From Pseudomonadota bacterium (GTDB taxonomy: Bacteria > UBA10199 > 2-02-FULL-44-16 > JAAZCA01), in the NCBI GenBank assembly GCA_043822785.1, contig JBDRBN010000138.1, forward strand, positions 1 to 19,525: a DNA stretch of 19,525 nt. Reading direction: 5' to 3'. The notes under the pieces are model-generated. The model saw nothing but the letters and a program-made list of their open reading frames with translations, ran no database searches and had not been told where the DNA came from. The position numbers and the translations under genes were made by a program. Numbering within the stretch: the first letter of the stretch is position 1; the number at the start of each line of letters is the position of its first letter. Shown here piece after piece: positions 1 through 8,960 of this stretch.

Positions 1-9
1 ATGTCTAGG

Positions 10-95
10 TGTCATTGCGAGGAGCGTTTAGCGACGAAGCAATCTCCCGCAAACACAGGTTATAAGGGGATTGCTTCGCTTTGCTCGCAATGACA
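10..95. repeat. Palindromic REP/RPE-like element, family A copy 1
   Basis: Perfect terminal inverted repeat TGTCATTGCGAG (10-21) / CTCGCAATGACA (84-95); inner CGAAGCAATC / GATTGCTTCG; related copies at 3977, 5645 and 8856. Confidence 0.9.
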
Positions 96-160
96 TCCAT
101 GAAAAACAAGCAGTTCTAACGCGACAGCAGTGGAAATTGGAAATTAGATATTAAAGTTAT

Positions 161-901
161 ATGAATAAAATTCGCATAGATACCTTGCTCGTAGAAAAGA
201 AGCTCGTGCCATCGCGGCAGAAGGCTCAGGCTCTTATAATGGCGGGCTGCGTTCTGGTGGATGAGGTGCCAGTTGAAAAGCCAGGCCAAAGAGTTTTTGA
301 AGATGCGATGATCAGAATAAAAGGCGAGGACCATCCCTATGTGAGCAGGGGCGGTGTAAAGCTCGCCCGCGCTCTTGAGGAGTTTGGTTGTGAGGTAGCA
401 GGTCGAACATGTATGGATGTGGGCGCCTCCACAGGAGGTTTTACCGATTGTTTGCTTAAAGCAGGCGCAGCTCGAGTCTATGCGATAGATGTAGGTTATG
501 GCCAGTTGGCCTCAAAAGTTGCAAAAGATGAACGCGTTGTGGTCATGGATCGTATAAACATTAGAAAGCTTGAGCGTAGAGATATTGCTGATGATGTGGA
601 TTTAGCTGTGATAGATGTTTCCTTTATTTCACTTAAGCTTGTGCTGCCTAAGGTGAATGAGTTCCTTGCAAAGAGAGCGGATATAATCGCTCTCATCAAA
701 CCGCAGTTTGAGGTCGGGCGCGACAGGGTTGGCAAAGGCGGCATTGTTCGCGATGCAGCTTCACATGAGATCGCCATCAATAATGTAATAGAGGCAGGGC
801 ATGCGCTTGGCTTGGGCGATCAGGGTGTTATCGAATCCCCGATCAAGGGAGCAAAAGGGAACAAAGAGTTTTTGATACACTTTAAAAACAGTGATCAGTA
901 A
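161..901 (+). CDS. tlyA: TlyA family rRNA (cytidine-2'-O)-methyltransferase / hemolysin A
   Basis: N-terminal S4-like RIDTLLV...SRQKAQALI, YVSRGGVKL, SAM-binding DVGASTGGFTDCLL, DVGYGQL, IDVSFISL, LIKPQFE and SPIKGAKGNKEF motifs. Confidence 0.95.
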   Translation: MNKIRIDTLLVEKKLVPSRQKAQALIMAGCVLVDEVPVEKPGQRVFEDAMIRIKGEDHPYVSRGGVKLARALEEFGCEVAGRTCMDVGASTGGFTDCLLKAGAARVYAIDVGYGQLASKVAKDERVVVMDRINIRKLERRDIADDVDLAVIDVSFISLKLVLPKVNEFLAKRADIIALIKPQFEVGRDRVGKGGIVRDAASHEIAINNVIEAGHALGLGDQGVIESPIKGAKGNKEFLIHFKNSDQ

Positions 902-974
902 CCAGTGATCAGTGACCAGTTTAAATTCATTTATATCATAAACGTGCCTTAATCACCGGTTACTGGTCACTGAT
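889..974. repeat. Inverted heptamer tandem repeat element (CAGTRAY)n, family B copy 1
   Basis: CAGTGAT CAGTAAC CAGTGAT CAGTGAC CAGT (889-920) and inverted arm ATCACCG GTTACTG GTCACTG AT (952-974). Contains the tlyA stop codon. Confidence 0.85.
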
Positions 975-983
975 AATTTTCCC

Positions 984-1012
984 TTGCCCTATCTTTATAT
1001 TGTTAATAGATT
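984..1012 (+). promoter_or_regulatory. Putative sigma70 promoter for the ACT-domain gene
   Basis: TTGCCC (984-989), 17 nt spacer, TAGATT (1007-1012); GGAGG RBS at 1031-1035. Confidence 0.45.
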
Positions 1013-1042
1013 TCCGTTCCCAACTTCAAAGGAGGCGTAATC

Positions 1043-1438
1043 ATGACTCGTATCTTTAAGACCACTGAGCTGTATATAACAACTGAGGACAAGCCAGGCA
1101 CTCTAGCGCGTGTTACTGCACCTATAGCTGAAGCTCGAATCAATTTGAATGCTATCTGTGCATATAGGATGGAGGGCAAGGCTATGTTTCATATCATCAC
1201 AGCCGATAATGAAAATGCTAAGCAAAAGCTTAAAAAAGCAGGTTTTGATGCCACTGAAGAGGAGGTGGTTGTTCTTGAAACCGAAAACGAGTCAGGCACC
1301 CTCTTTAGAGCTGCACAGCAGCTTGCTGAGGCAGAGGTGGATCTGGATTACTGCTATGCCACCGCGGGTCCGCAGAACAGCACATGGATAGTCTTTGCTA
1401 CCAAGACAATTGAAAGCGCAATGAACGTCATCCCCTGA
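1043..1438 (+). CDS. ACT domain-containing protein (tandem ACT)
   Basis: Two ACT-like repeats: EDKPGTLARVTAPIAEARINLNAI and ENESGTLFRAAQQLAEAEVDLDYCY; strong RBS. Confidence 0.88.
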   Translation: MTRIFKTTELYITTEDKPGTLARVTAPIAEARINLNAICAYRMEGKAMFHIITADNENAKQKLKKAGFDATEEEVVVLETENESGTLFRAAQQLAEAEVDLDYCYATAGPQNSTWIVFATKTIESAMNVIP

Positions 1439-1463
1439 TCTTATCTGATGTTTTTATTTAGGG

Positions 1464-1501
1464 CCCGGCCTGACAAGCATTTTGGAAGGCCGGGTTTATT
1501 T
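1464..1501 (+). terminator. Putative rho-independent terminator
   Basis: CCCGGCCT (1464-1471) / AGGCCGGG (1487-1494) followed by TTTATTT; the 15-nt loop is long. Confidence 0.55.
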
Positions 1502-1525
1502 GTACCTTATGCAGAGCATGTCAGC

Positions 1526-1572
1526 TTGCATTGCGTACAGTCAATGCTATAGTCCCCTGAAACATCAGGGGA
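1526..1572 (+). promoter_or_regulatory. Putative sigma70 promoter (extended -10) with overlapping palindrome
   Basis: TTGCAT (1526-1531), TGcTATAGT (1545-1553), then TCCCCTGA-aaca-TCAGGGGA (1553-1572) just before the GTG start at 1577. Confidence 0.5.
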
Positions 1573-1576
1573 TTTT

Positions 1577-3181
1577 GTGTATCGTCTACAATTTATCATA
1601 ACATTTTTATTAGTGACTTGCTTAGTTGCCTGTGCCTCAAAGGGTCCTGCTGCTAAGGTAAAGCTGGATGATAAGAAGCATGACCCTTATTATGAATTCC
1701 TGCGTGCTGATGTCCTTTCCATGGCGGGTGATACAAAAAAGTCTACTGATGAGTTAAAAGAGCTCATCGCCTCTAATCCCGATGTTGCTTATTATCACTT
1801 CTTGCTTGCACAAAATTATGCTCAGGAGGGTGGACTTGTTGAGGCAATCGCTTCTTGCGTGCTCGCAGTTAAGTTGGCTCCGGACATTATAGATATGAAG
1901 ATGTATCTCGGAAAACTGTACGCTTCCCAGGGCATGGATGCAGAAGCAGCAAGAGTTCTGTCTACAGTCATACGGGATGATCCAAAACAGCAAGAGGCCT
2001 ACCTTCATCTGGCTAGAGCATATATCGGCATGCGTGAATATAATCGCGCGATAGAGACGATGTATCAACTTCTGAAGGTCAATCCGGACTCGGCCATAGC
2101 TTATTATTACATGGGTTCAATTTATGAGCAGCATCTGCATAAGTCGGACAAAGCTCTTTATGCGTTTCGCGAGGCTCTGGCGATAGACCCTAGCAACGTG
2201 ATAGTGCATAATGCAGTTGCTGAAATATATCTTTCTAGAAAGCAGCTGAGAAGAGCGCTTGTCAAATACGAAGAGATTGTACACCTCGATCCTGATGATC
2301 TAGCAACTCATCTTCGCATCGCCCTCATCCATTATGAGCTAAAGGACTATAAAGAAGCGATTGGGGTTTTTGAACGCATTCTTTCGCGCAATCCAGAAGC
2401 GGATAAGATACGCTACTATCTTGGGGTGTTATATGAGGGAGTGGGCGAGCCGAATAAGGCGCTGGCCCAGTTTATGGAGATTCCGCCAAAGTCGAGCTAC
2501 TATAAAGATGCCAGGATTCACATCGCGGCCTTGAATCATGATGAAGGCAGGATCGATGTAGCGAAGGTCTCTCTCAGAGAGGCGATAAGGGAAAAACCGG
2601 ATGTTTCAGAGTTTTATGAGTATCTAGCGGCAATTCTCCAAGATGCTGAAGATTATAAAGGGGCCATCGAAGTGGTTAAGATGGGTAGGTCTGTGCTTCC
2701 AGCCAGCGAACGTTTGGCATTTCTTTTGGGCATGCTCTACGAGCGAGTTGAAAACAAGGATAGCGCTATCAATGCTATGCGCGATGTGCTTGAGCTAAAT
2801 CCTCAAAACGCAGGAGCTATGAATTATATTGGCTACACATATGCTGATCGTGGCGAGAACTTGGATGAGGCGCTTGATCTGATCGAGCAGGCGTTAGTGC
2901 TCAGACCTGATGATGGATACATCACCGACAGCCTAGGTTGGGTGCATTTCAAGCGCGGCGATAATCAAAAGGCGCTCAAGTTTCTTCGCAAGGCCGACCG
3001 CATAGCTCCTGGAGAACCCACCATCATCTTTCACATTGGAGAAGTGCTTTTTAATATGGGCAAAAAGGATGAAGCCCTCAGATATTATGAAAAGTCATAT
3101 AGTCTAGGCTCTAAGAAAAAGGATCAGGATCCAGCAGAGCTAGAACATATACGCAAAAGAATAGAGGAGCTTAAATCCTAA
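1577..3181 (+). CDS. Tetratricopeptide repeat lipoprotein
   Basis: Signal with lipobox LVAC; many TPR units; C-terminal NAGAMNYIGYTYADRGENLDEA and DGYITDSLGWVHFKRG motifs typical of TPR proteins found upstream of lolB-like genes. Confidence 0.9.
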   Translation: MYRLQFIITFLLVTCLVACASKGPAAKVKLDDKKHDPYYEFLRADVLSMAGDTKKSTDELKELIASNPDVAYYHFLLAQNYAQEGGLVEAIASCVLAVKLAPDIIDMKMYLGKLYASQGMDAEAARVLSTVIRDDPKQQEAYLHLARAYIGMREYNRAIETMYQLLKVNPDSAIAYYYMGSIYEQHLHKSDKALYAFREALAIDPSNVIVHNAVAEIYLSRKQLRRALVKYEEIVHLDPDDLATHLRIALIHYELKDYKEAIGVFERILSRNPEADKIRYYLGVLYEGVGEPNKALAQFMEIPPKSSYYKDARIHIAALNHDEGRIDVAKVSLREAIREKPDVSEFYEYLAAILQDAEDYKGAIEVVKMGRSVLPASERLAFLLGMLYERVENKDSAINAMRDVLELNPQNAGAMNYIGYTYADRGENLDEALDLIEQALVLRPDDGYITDSLGWVHFKRGDNQKALKFLRKADRIAPGEPTIIFHIGEVLFNMGKKDEALRYYEKSYSLGSKKKDQDPAELEHIRKRIEELKS

Positions 3182-3195
3182 AGAATTCTCCCAAT

Positions 3196-3987
3196 ATGCA
3201 AACCATTAGAATGTTAGCTGCAGTTCTTTTATTTGGCACGTTAGTGGCAGGTTGTGCCAAGGCGCCTCCAAAAGAAGCCCGCATGCCAGAGGGAAGGCGC
3301 ACTAAACTTTCAATAGCTCTCGAGCGCGAACAGCTTAAGATCAAAGAGACCACATCTACGCTAAGAGGCCTTGCTTGGGTGGAGCTTCGTACTCCAGAGG
3401 AAGACTGGCGCACTGAAGCAGCTGTAGTGATAGAGAGACCAGATAGGATAAGGATGGATGCCATGGATTCCCTTGCAGATGTGTGGGCTAAGCTGGGAAC
3501 TGATGGAAAAGATCTTTGGCTGTATATTCCGGGCAAGAGAAAACTCTACAAGGGTCGCGTTTCATCGCGCAACATGAAGAGGCTTTTGTCCTTTGAGTGG
3601 GAACCTTGGGAATTCATTTCGCTCATCGCTGGTGCACTGCCTATCGCTAATGAACCAGAAGTCATGCAGGTTGGCGCAGCCCGCAACGCCTACTTTATTG
3701 ATAGAGCAAGCCGTCTTCATATGTGGACAGAAAAAGGCAAATCAATGCATGTAGTACGATGCGTACGCTACGCAAAAGGCAGCGATGATGTTGATTATGA
3801 GATATTGTTTTCAGATTACAGGCACAAAGGTGGCGTTAGTTTTCCCCATGTCATAGAGGCTGTGTTTCCGCAGCAGGGGGCACGCCTCAGGGTTGAATAT
3901 CGCGATCTCAAATTGGGTGAAGAAGTTGCAGACGAAATTTTTGCACCTCCTAAAAGGCGCGGAGGCAAGGCTGAGGTGTCATTCTGA
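3196..3987 (+). CDS. LolB/DUF4292-like outer membrane lipoprotein
   Basis: Lipobox LVAGC; beta-rich LolA/LolB-like pattern (RPDRIRMD, DGKDLWLYIPGKRKLYKG, FSDYRHKGGVSFPHVI); position after the TPR gene. Confidence 0.65.
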   Translation: MQTIRMLAAVLLFGTLVAGCAKAPPKEARMPEGRRTKLSIALEREQLKIKETTSTLRGLAWVELRTPEEDWRTEAAVVIERPDRIRMDAMDSLADVWAKLGTDGKDLWLYIPGKRKLYKGRVSSRNMKRLLSFEWEPWEFISLIAGALPIANEPEVMQVGAARNAYFIDRASRLHMWTEKGKSMHVVRCVRYAKGSDDVDYEILFSDYRHKGGVSFPHVIEAVFPQQGARLRVEYRDLKLGEEVADEIFAPPKRRGGKAEVSF

Positions 3988-4012
3988 GGAGCGCCAGCGA
4001 CGAAGAATCTCC
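3977..4012. repeat. Family A element, single-arm variant (copy 2)
   Basis: TGTCATTCTGAGGAGCGCCAGCGACGAAGAATCTCC matches the left arm of copy 1. Supplies the last codons and the TGA stop of the upstream gene. Confidence 0.8.
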
Positions 4013-4040
4013 GTAGAATCGTTGGTATTATGTGTTTGCC

Positions 4041-5639
4041 ATGAACATAGTAAACAAATTAGCATATCTTCTATGCGCGGCGTTTATCTTCACATCAGCA
4101 TCATGCGGTGGCGTGATGACGCGCAACCCTGATGTGCTTGTAAATACAATTTTTGCCGATCCCAGCACGCTCAATCCGGTAATTGCCACCGATGCTTATG
4201 CCGGAGATGTAAACCGTTATGTGTTCGAGCCGATGCTCGATCGCGACCCCAAGACGCTCGAGCTCATACCCAAACTCGCCAAAAGGTGGGAGATATCCGA
4301 TGATCATCTGACCTATACGTTTTGGCTACGCGATAACGTATTTTGGCAAGACGGAAAACCGCTTACAGCTGATGATGTGATTTTTACGTTTGAACAAATA
4401 CTCGATCCAAAAGTGGATGCAGCATCGCTTCGCAATTACTTCAGGGACATAAAAGAATTTTATAAGGTAGATGATCGCACTGTTCGCTTTGTTTACAGCA
4501 GTCCCTATTTCAGGGCGCTTTTCATGATAAGCGGCATGCCTATACTGCCAAAGCATATCTATGGAAAGGCCGAGAACTTCAACGAACAGCCGGCAAATCG
4601 CGCACCAGTAGGCACAGGGCCTTATCGCTTTGTGGAATGGAAGACCGGCCGCAACATCGTTCTTACAAAAAACCAAAACTATTGGGGCAAAATGCCCAAG
4701 ATAACAGGTATGGTTTTCCAGATTATCCCCGACGCCACGGTGAGCTTTCAGATGCTAAAGAAAGGCGCGGTGGACTTGGGCGGGCTTAGGCCTATTCAGT
4801 GGGTTCGTCAGACAGAAGGAAAATCTTTTTCCGATAATTTTACAAAGCATCGTTACTATCTTCCGAATTACTCCTATATAGGCTGGAACATGCGCAACCC
4901 GTTATTTTCAGATCGCAGAGTACGCCGTGCTATGACTATGATGATCGATCGCAAGGCAATATTGGAGAAGATACTCCTGGGCCAAGGCGAGCTGGTTTCG
5001 AGCGTGTTCTACAAATTCGGAGATCAAGCAGATCCCACGATTGAGCCCATTCCATACGATCCAGAACGCGCCAAAGAGCTTCTTAAAGAAGCGGGATGGT
5101 CAGATCATGATAAGGATGGCCTTCTGGATAAAGATGGCCGAGCATTCAAGTTCACTCTTCTCTCAGCTGCTGGCAGCAATACTGCGCGCAGTATAAGCCT
5201 TTTTATGAGGGAAGATCTCTTAAAGGTAGGGATTGAGATGGAGATTCGCCAATTGGAGTGGGCAACAATGTTAAAGCTCATCCATGACAGAAAGTTCGAT
5301 GCCACGATGTTGGCGTGGTCCATGCCTTTAGAACAGGATCCATATCAGCTTTGGCACTCAACTCAGGTTGCTGAGGGTTCAAATTATGTTGGATTTGAAG
5401 ACCCCAAAACAGATCTTCTCATAGAAGAAGCCAGGCGCGAGTTCAACAAAGAGCGAAGGAACGCTATGTATGGTGAGTTTCAGAGGATAGTCCACGATGA
5501 ACAGCCTTACACATTTTTATTCACGTCGCCTTCGCTAGTTGCTGTGGCAAATCGCTTTGGAAATGTGATCGATTACCGGCTTGGGCTAGAGCCGCTGGAG
5601 TGGACAATTGAACCCTGGCCTAGATTAATAGAGTGGTAA
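4041..5639 (+). CDS. oppA: Peptide/oligopeptide ABC transporter substrate-binding lipoprotein (family 5)
   Basis: DPSTLNP, LAKRWEISDDHLTYTFWLRDNVFWQDGKPLTADDVIFT and PVGTGPYRF motifs; lipobox-like SASC. ATG 4041 preferred over GTG 4032. Confidence 0.9.
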   Translation: MNIVNKLAYLLCAAFIFTSASCGGVMTRNPDVLVNTIFADPSTLNPVIATDAYAGDVNRYVFEPMLDRDPKTLELIPKLAKRWEISDDHLTYTFWLRDNVFWQDGKPLTADDVIFTFEQILDPKVDAASLRNYFRDIKEFYKVDDRTVRFVYSSPYFRALFMISGMPILPKHIYGKAENFNEQPANRAPVGTGPYRFVEWKTGRNIVLTKNQNYWGKMPKITGMVFQIIPDATVSFQMLKKGAVDLGGLRPIQWVRQTEGKSFSDNFTKHRYYLPNYSYIGWNMRNPLFSDRRVRRAMTMMIDRKAILEKILLGQGELVSSVFYKFGDQADPTIEPIPYDPERAKELLKEAGWSDHDKDGLLDKDGRAFKFTLLSAAGSNTARSISLFMREDLLKVGIEMEIRQLEWATMLKLIHDRKFDATMLAWSMPLEQDPYQLWHSTQVAEGSNYVGFEDPKTDLLIEEARREFNKERRNAMYGEFQRIVHDEQPYTFLFTSPSLVAVANRFGNVIDYRLGLEPLEWTIEPWPRLIEW

Positions 5640-5644
5640 ATCAG

Positions 5645-5739
5645 CTGTCATCGCGAGCCCTGCACCATACGGTGCAGGGCGTGGCGATCTCCTTAGCTCC
5701 AGGAGATTGCGTCGTCGCCAAGGCTCCTCGCAATGACAG
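5645..5739. repeat. Family A element copy 3, between oppA and oppB
   Basis: CTGTCATCGCGAG ... CTCGCAATGACAG with an internal perfect 10-bp stem GCCCTGCACC-atac-GGTGCAGGGC. Confidence 0.88.
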
Positions 5740-5752
5740 TATTGGAGATAAT

Positions 5753-6754
5753 TTGTATAAATATGTAATAAAGAGATTGCTCCTGATGATACCCACTTTG
5801 TTGGGCATCTCCATTATCACCTTTGCTGTAATTCACCTTGCTCCTGGTGATCCTGCAGAGCTAAAGGCTCAGAGTGCAACCGAGGCTTTGGCTTCGGATC
5901 GAATGACCATGGAGATTGTAGAGGACACGCGCGCGCTTTATGGCTTGGATAAGCCTTTGTATGAGCAGTTCTATTTGTGGCTTAAACGCATCGCAACTTT
6001 AGATTTTGGATATTCATACAGAGACCACCGTCCTGTTCTAGAAAAGATAGGCGATGCTCTGCCCATTACGCTCACCCTCAACATCATCACGATCCTTCTG
6101 ATCTATCTCATATCAATTCCAATAGGTGCATATGCAGCGCTTAGACCCAAAGGCTGGTTGGACAGGATGTCTGCACTTCTGTTTATGGCTTTGTATTCGC
6201 TTCCTACATTCTGGGTAGCCATGATGCTCATCGTGCTCGTAGCCGGAGGCGATTATCTCAACATCTTTCCCATAACCGGATTTGTATCTGATGGGGCCTC
6301 ACGCTTGCCTTGGTATGATTGGATAGCGAACGTGGCATGGCATATTGTATTGCCTATAGCCTGTCTTACGTATGGAGGGTTCGCATTTCTTTCCAGATTT
6401 ACGCGTGCCTCCATGCTCGATGTGATCAAGCAAGACTACATTCGCACTGCGCGCGCCAAGGGGTTGCCCGAATGGCGCGTCACCATTCGTCATGCTTTGC
6501 GCAACGCCCTCATACCGTTGCTCACGCTCATGGGCACGCTCTTGCCGGCGCTTCTGGGTGGCAGTGTCATCATAGAGCAGATCTTTTCCATACCTGGCAT
6601 GGGGAGGTTGGGCTTTGAATCAGTTTTGGCAAGAGACTATCCGGTGATAATGGCGGTAGCCACGATATCAGCAGCGCTCACGCTCATAAGCATCTTTTTG
6701 TCAGATATCATGTACGCGGTGGTCGACCCGAGGATATCATTTGAAAAACGATGA
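5753..6754 (+). CDS. oppB: Peptide ABC transporter permease (OppB/DppB type)
   Basis: YVIKRLLLMIPTLLGI, APGDPA, YIRTARAKGL and RHALRNAL motifs. Start reassigned to in-frame TTG 5753 behind GGAGA (5744-5748); the longer ORF translates the repeat. Confidence 0.9.
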   Translation: MYKYVIKRLLLMIPTLLGISIITFAVIHLAPGDPAELKAQSATEALASDRMTMEIVEDTRALYGLDKPLYEQFYLWLKRIATLDFGYSYRDHRPVLEKIGDALPITLTLNIITILLIYLISIPIGAYAALRPKGWLDRMSALLFMALYSLPTFWVAMMLIVLVAGGDYLNIFPITGFVSDGASRLPWYDWIANVAWHIVLPIACLTYGGFAFLSRFTRASMLDVIKQDYIRTARAKGLPEWRVTIRHALRNALIPLLTLMGTLLPALLGGSVIIEQIFSIPGMGRLGFESVLARDYPVIMAVATISAALTLISIFLSDIMYAVVDPRISFEKR

Positions 6755-7749
6755 TAAATGCTAAATCACAAAAATACGGTGCGATCGTATGGAAGCAGTT
6801 CAAAAAGCGCAGGCTTGCAGTTATATGCCTGTTCTTTGTTGCACTGCTGATCATCATGGCTGTGTTGGCTCCCCTTATTGCTAACGACAAACCTATCCTT
6901 ATGCACTATGAGGGCAAATGGTCCATGCCTGCGCTTTTTTCTTCACCCAAATACTTGGGGTTGGATTTTGTTGAGCTAAGAACAAATCCTCCTAAAGGAA
7001 CCTGGATGCTCATGCCGCCCATACCTTTTAGCCCAGGTTCCTATGATTTGGACTCCGTGCTTTCATCTCCAACATCCAAACATATATTAGGCACAGATGG
7101 CGATGGCAGGGATGTGGCAGCACAGCTTATATGGGGAGCTAGGGCGTCGTTGTCTGTGGGTGTTGTGGCAGTAGGCATTGCTGTAGCCATAGGTATTGTG
7201 CTTGGCCTGCTTGCAGGCTTTTACGGAGGCGCGGTCGACATCGTCGTGTCCAGATTTATAGAGGTCATGATCTGTTTTCCCACGTTCTTTTTGATCCTCG
7301 CTGTGTTAGCGTTTGTCGGCCCATCCATCTACAACATCATGGTGGTGATAGGCATCACCGGTTGGACTGGCGTGGCCAGGCTGATTAGGGGCGAGTGCTT
7401 AAAACTTCGCAAAAGGGAATTTGTGGTTGCAGCCGAGGTTTGTGGCTCGCGCGATTGGCGCATCATGTGGAGGCATATTCTTCCAAACGCCTTGACTCCT
7501 GTGTTAGTATCCGCATCGTTTGGCGTTGCAGGAGCCATACTCGTTGAAGCCTCGCTTTCATTTTTGGGCTTTGGAGTGCCTCCGTCTGATCCCAGTTGGG
7601 GAAGCATGTTATCTCAGGCCCAGCAGTTTATGGATATAGCGTGGTGGTTGACTTTGATACCAGGCTTTGCGATTTTTGCCACGATCACTGCATATAATCT
7701 TATTGGCGAAACTTTACGGGATGCGATAGACCCTAATTTGAGAACATAA
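6751..7749 (+). CDS. oppC: Peptide ABC transporter permease (OppC/DppC type)
   Basis: HILGTDGDGRDV, WGARASL, EFVVAAEVCGS, RHILPN, EASLSFLGFG and PSWGSML motifs; ATGA overlap with oppB. Confidence 0.92.
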   Translation: MINAKSQKYGAIVWKQFKKRRLAVICLFFVALLIIMAVLAPLIANDKPILMHYEGKWSMPALFSSPKYLGLDFVELRTNPPKGTWMLMPPIPFSPGSYDLDSVLSSPTSKHILGTDGDGRDVAAQLIWGARASLSVGVVAVGIAVAIGIVLGLLAGFYGGAVDIVVSRFIEVMICFPTFFLILAVLAFVGPSIYNIMVVIGITGWTGVARLIRGECLKLRKREFVVAAEVCGSRDWRIMWRHILPNALTPVLVSASFGVAGAILVEASLSFLGFGVPPSDPSWGSMLSQAQQFMDIAWWLTLIPGFAIFATITAYNLIGETLRDAIDPNLRT

Positions 7750-7753
7750 AATG

Positions 7754-7836
7754 CAGTGATCAGTAACCAGTAATCAGTGACCAGCATTCAATGGGGTTAC
7801 TGGTTACTGGTCACTGGTCACTGGTCACTGGTCACT
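7754..7836. repeat. Inverted heptamer tandem repeat element, family B copy 2
   Basis: CAGTGAT CAGTAAC CAGTAAT CAGTGAC CAG (7754-7784), 11-nt spacer, then GTTACTG x2, GTCACTG x3, GTCACT (7796-7836). Confidence 0.9.
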
Positions 7837-7840
7837 AATT

Positions 7841-8827
7841 ATGACTTTATTATCAGTACATAACCTCAAGACCCACTTTTTCACTGATGCCGGCATCATC
7901 AAGGCAGTGGATGATGTATCCTTCTCCATTGAACGCGGTCAAACCTTGGGTCTTGTGGGCGAGAGCGGTTGTGGCAAGAGCGTTATGTCGCTGTCGCTGA
8001 TGAGGCTTGTGCTAGATCCACCAGGAAAGATAGTCTCAGGCCAGATAAACTTTCAGCTGACGACGACAGGTGGGCCTGTTGATCTTCTTAAACTTTCTGA
8101 GCCGCAGATGCGAAAGGTTCGGGGCAAGCGTCTTGCTATGGTCTTTCAGGAACCCATGACTTCGCTTAATCCGGTCTATACCATAGGCGATCAGATTGGC
8201 GAGGCTGTAGCATTGCATGAGGGCGGATCAAAATCTCAAGTTCGCAGCCGTGTTACAGAGATGCTTAAGCTCGTTGGCATTCCAGAGCCTGCGCGTTGTG
8301 CTAAGAATTATCCACATCAGCTCTCCGGTGGTATGCGCCAGCGCGCCATGATAGCTATGGCCCTGTCGTGTAAGCCGGATGTGCTAATAGCAGATGAGCC
8401 GACAACAGCTTTGGATGTTACAATCCAAGCTCAAATACTCGATCTCATAAGAAGGCTGCAAAGCGAGTTGGGCATGGCTTTGATACTCGTAACGCACGAC
8501 CTTGGAGTTGTTGCAGAGATGGCGGGGAGCGTGATCGTGATGTACGCAGGAAAATTTGTGGAAGAGGGCTCTTGCGAGGAGATTTATTCTAATCCCATGC
8601 ATCCTTATACACAGGGACTCTTGCGCGCGATTCCGCCGCTTGCAAAGATCGAGCCTGGCAAGCGCTTCAATACGATTCCAGGATTGGTTCCAGATCTTTC
8701 AGACTTGCCAAAGGGATGTGCTTTTGCCGACCGCTGTCCAAAGGTGCAAAGTCGATGTCGAGAAGAAGAGGTGCCCGAGGATCCATGTGGAGTAGGAAGA
8801 CTTGTGAGATGTTTTTATGCACAATGA
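7841..8827 (+). CDS. oppD: Peptide ABC transporter ATP-binding protein
   Basis: Walker [27 protein letters not shown], Walker [12 protein letters not shown]-terminal HPYT and Cys cluster. Confidence 0.93.
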   Translation: MTLLSVHNLKTHFFTDAGIIKAVDDVSFSIERGQTLGLVGESGCGKSVMSLSLMRLVLDPPGKIVSGQINFQLTTTGGPVDLLKLSEPQMRKVRGKRLAMVFQEPMTSLNPVYTIGDQIGEAVALHEGGSKSQVRSRVTEMLKLVGIPEPARCAKNYPHQLSGGMRQRAMIAMALSCKPDVLIADEPTTALDVTIQAQILDLIRRLQSELGMALILVTHDLGVVAEMAGSVIVMYAGKFVEEGSCEEIYSNPMHPYTQGLLRAIPPLAKIEPGKRFNTIPGLVPDLSDLPKGCAFADRCPKVQSRCREEEVPEDPCGVGRLVRCFYAQ

Positions 8828-8855
8828 ATACTGCGAGAAAAGTAGAATCCATTGG

Positions 8856-8931
8856 TGTCATTGCGAGCGATAGCGAAGCAATCTCCGGCAATAAGGGGAT
8901 TGCTTCGTCGCCAAGGCTCCTCGCAATGACA
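8856..8931. repeat. Family A element copy 4, between oppD and oppF
   Basis: TGTCATTGCGAG ... CTCGCAATGACA; last 27 nt (8905-8931) identical to 5712-5738. Confidence 0.9.
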
Positions 8932-8960
8932 ATCTGTGATACATTACAGGTTACTTAATT

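Noticed and set aside
10..95. tRNA or riboswitch interpretation of family A elements
   Set aside because: No cloverleaf, T-loop or known aptamer motif; dispersed copies with terminal inverted repeats fit a REP-like element better.
3893..4132. 79-aa ORF spanning the lolB-like/oppA junction
   Set aside because: Out-of-frame overlap of two supported genes; the CHSEERQRRRIS segment is a repeat translation.
5633..5752. 40-aa N-terminal extension of OppB in the ORF track
   Set aside because: It translates family A copy 3; TTG 5753 has an RBS and gives a typical permease start.
7754..7836. CRISPR array
   Set aside because: Units are 7-nt tandem repeats without unique spacers, and no cas genes are in the window.
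8716..8958. 80-aa ORF (and antisense 8667-8891) as small genes
   Set aside because: They overlap oppD and read through the palindromic repeat; no independent support.
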